32,000 nucleotides of DNA from Wallemia ichthyophaga EXF-994. Taxonomy: Eukaryota > Fungi > Basidiomycota. Of the stretch, positions 30,701 to 32,000 are shown piece after piece (position 1 is the stretch's first letter; the number at the start of each line of letters is the position of its first letter). The stretch covers positions 330,001-362,000 of the forward strand of contig NW_008806276.1 in the NCBI RefSeq assembly GCF_000400465.1, read 5' to 3'. A program made the translations under genes and the position numbers. The notes under the pieces were generated by a model. The model saw only the letters and a program-made list of their open reading frames with translations. It had not been told where the DNA came from and made no database searches.

Positions 30701-31950
30701 ATCAAAAAAAGGAAGTCGAAGACAACACCAAAGAAGCAAGCACCCAAGCAGAATAAACAAAAAAAGCAGGAGTTGACATTGGCGCTCCAACCAGATCGTA
30801 TCAATTACACATATGAGTTTTCAGAGACAATCGCTGTCGTAGTGAAAGCTATTAGACTTGGTGTCTTGTCGATTGACAAGCTGCCTGTGATATTGGCGCA
30901 CCATGGCAGATTTGGTGTGCTCTTTGACAGCCTCAATAAGCTAGCTTTGGATGCAATACGCGAAATTGCTTTGTATGCTGGTAGTGAATATTATCTGGGG
31001 ATAGTGCACGTTGTTACAACCTCACTAATATCAGCACATGAGCTCTTGTTAGAAGGAAAAGTTGAAGATGAATCACGTTTGCTGGCTTTGGGTAGATCAT
31101 TATCTTCGTCGTTAGTGTTACGAGGTGCGCAGTTGAAAATAGTAAGCAGAGCGTCTTCCAATGTCGTAGTTGCAATTCACAAGAGGGTGATTAGCGAGCT
31201 ATTTGACGATCTCAAACCACTTGTTAATGAGCAGCGCAAGAACTCGACAAAGATATCACAAATTAATTCGGGTTTTAAGGCGTTGCAGCACCTTTTAGCT
31301 GTCGGTCCATCTAGTCTCATTGAAGGCAGACATGCACTGGAGGTGAAGAACTTCTACGATGAACAGCTCAAGGCGGCTGAGATTGAGTTGAGCACGTCGA
31401 GCAAGATATGGGAGGGCGCACGTTCGTACGAGAAAAAGCTCGTCACTCTGATAGCTAAAGATAAAGGTGAGCTACCGATGAGCGGATAACGATCAACGAT
31501 ATTTCTAATCATCATCCAGTACTCGTCAAGCATAGGAATGCTCAGGAGAAAGATGTACACTCGCGAGCATCCCGTGAGAAGCATCCTCGAGCTGCAGCCA
31601 CAGCTGGTGAGGGGCTCTCCAAAGATATGGTTGGCAGTGAAGACGAAGGTGAAGAGGGAAGCGAAGATGGTGGTGAAGATGAAGTTGAAGATGAAGAGCA
31701 GAATGCTGAGATTGACGAACACAACGAGAATGATGAACATGATGAAGAGCAATTGCCAGATGAGCCTACCGCTGATATTCAAAGGGACTCATCCCCACTA
31801 TCCTCTCTTACTAGCCATCACGACGAGAATGAAAATGAGAATGCCTCGCAAACATCCAAGAAGAGGTCTCGTCAATCAGACGCCCCGTCGCCAAGTAAAG
31901 GCCTGCAAATGTCCAACACACTCAGAACAAAGCGCAGTCGCATTGATTAG
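27757..31950 (+). CDS. SCC3: Cohesin subunit Scc3/STAG (Psc3/Irr1); 5 exons
   Basis: STAG domain (WITSLSSSPLRAFRHTATV) and SCD (LFIHRYRDVEPIIRSECVKALGSWM...FLEGNYLRYTGWLLSD; HFTDRFKQRLLEI). Later HEAT region (ILAHHGRFGVLFDSL) and an acidic/basic tail. Four canonical introns join ORFs 27694, 27914, 28264, 30236 and 31627. Confidence 0.95.
30179..30206 (+). repeat. Intronic 7-nt tandem repeat (GAGATGN)x4
   Basis: GAGATGC GAGATGC GAGATGT GAGATGG lies inside the SCC3 intron 30172-30235. Confidence 0.85.
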
Positions 31951-32000
31951 CTTGATATTAATATTGTAGTAAAGTTGCTGTACAAAATACGTCCATTTAA

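Overview
Fungal (basidiomycete-type) nuclear DNA that is extremely gene-dense, with many 37-60 nt spliceosomal introns and micro-exons. The architecture is Wallemia-like; this is an inference, not a database result. I reconstructed 18 protein-coding genes by hand: GDPD/Pgc1-like phospholipase, Ptc5-type PP2C, eIF3m, cytochrome b5, Ccp1, an uncharacterised TM + FxFG-tail protein, Med17, an orphan NLS/coiled-coil/WH2-like protein, Idh2, an anchored GMC oxidoreductase, Ubc1, Pre7, Spc98/GCP3, Elongin C, a histidine phosphatase, Rpb5 and Scc3 (17), plus a doubtful 25-aa micro-ORF. A LINE ORF1-like relic lies at the left edge and a 1.5-kb unresolved or degenerate region at 20.1-21.6 kb. The most unusual signals are: (i) an apparent GA-AG intron next to the catalytic GHRG micro-exon of the GDPD; (ii) two oversized (173 and 184 nt), structured GTATGT introns in tiny or non-coding host units inside divergent intergenic regions, which are candidate hidden ncRNAs; (iii) same-strand genes only 24 and 50 nt apart; (iv) 80-99 nt bidirectional promoters, two of which carry dyad elements; (v) a POM121-like architecture in an unknown protein; (vi) a steep GC contrast between housekeeping genes. 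Exon boundaries are manual predictions without transcript data.
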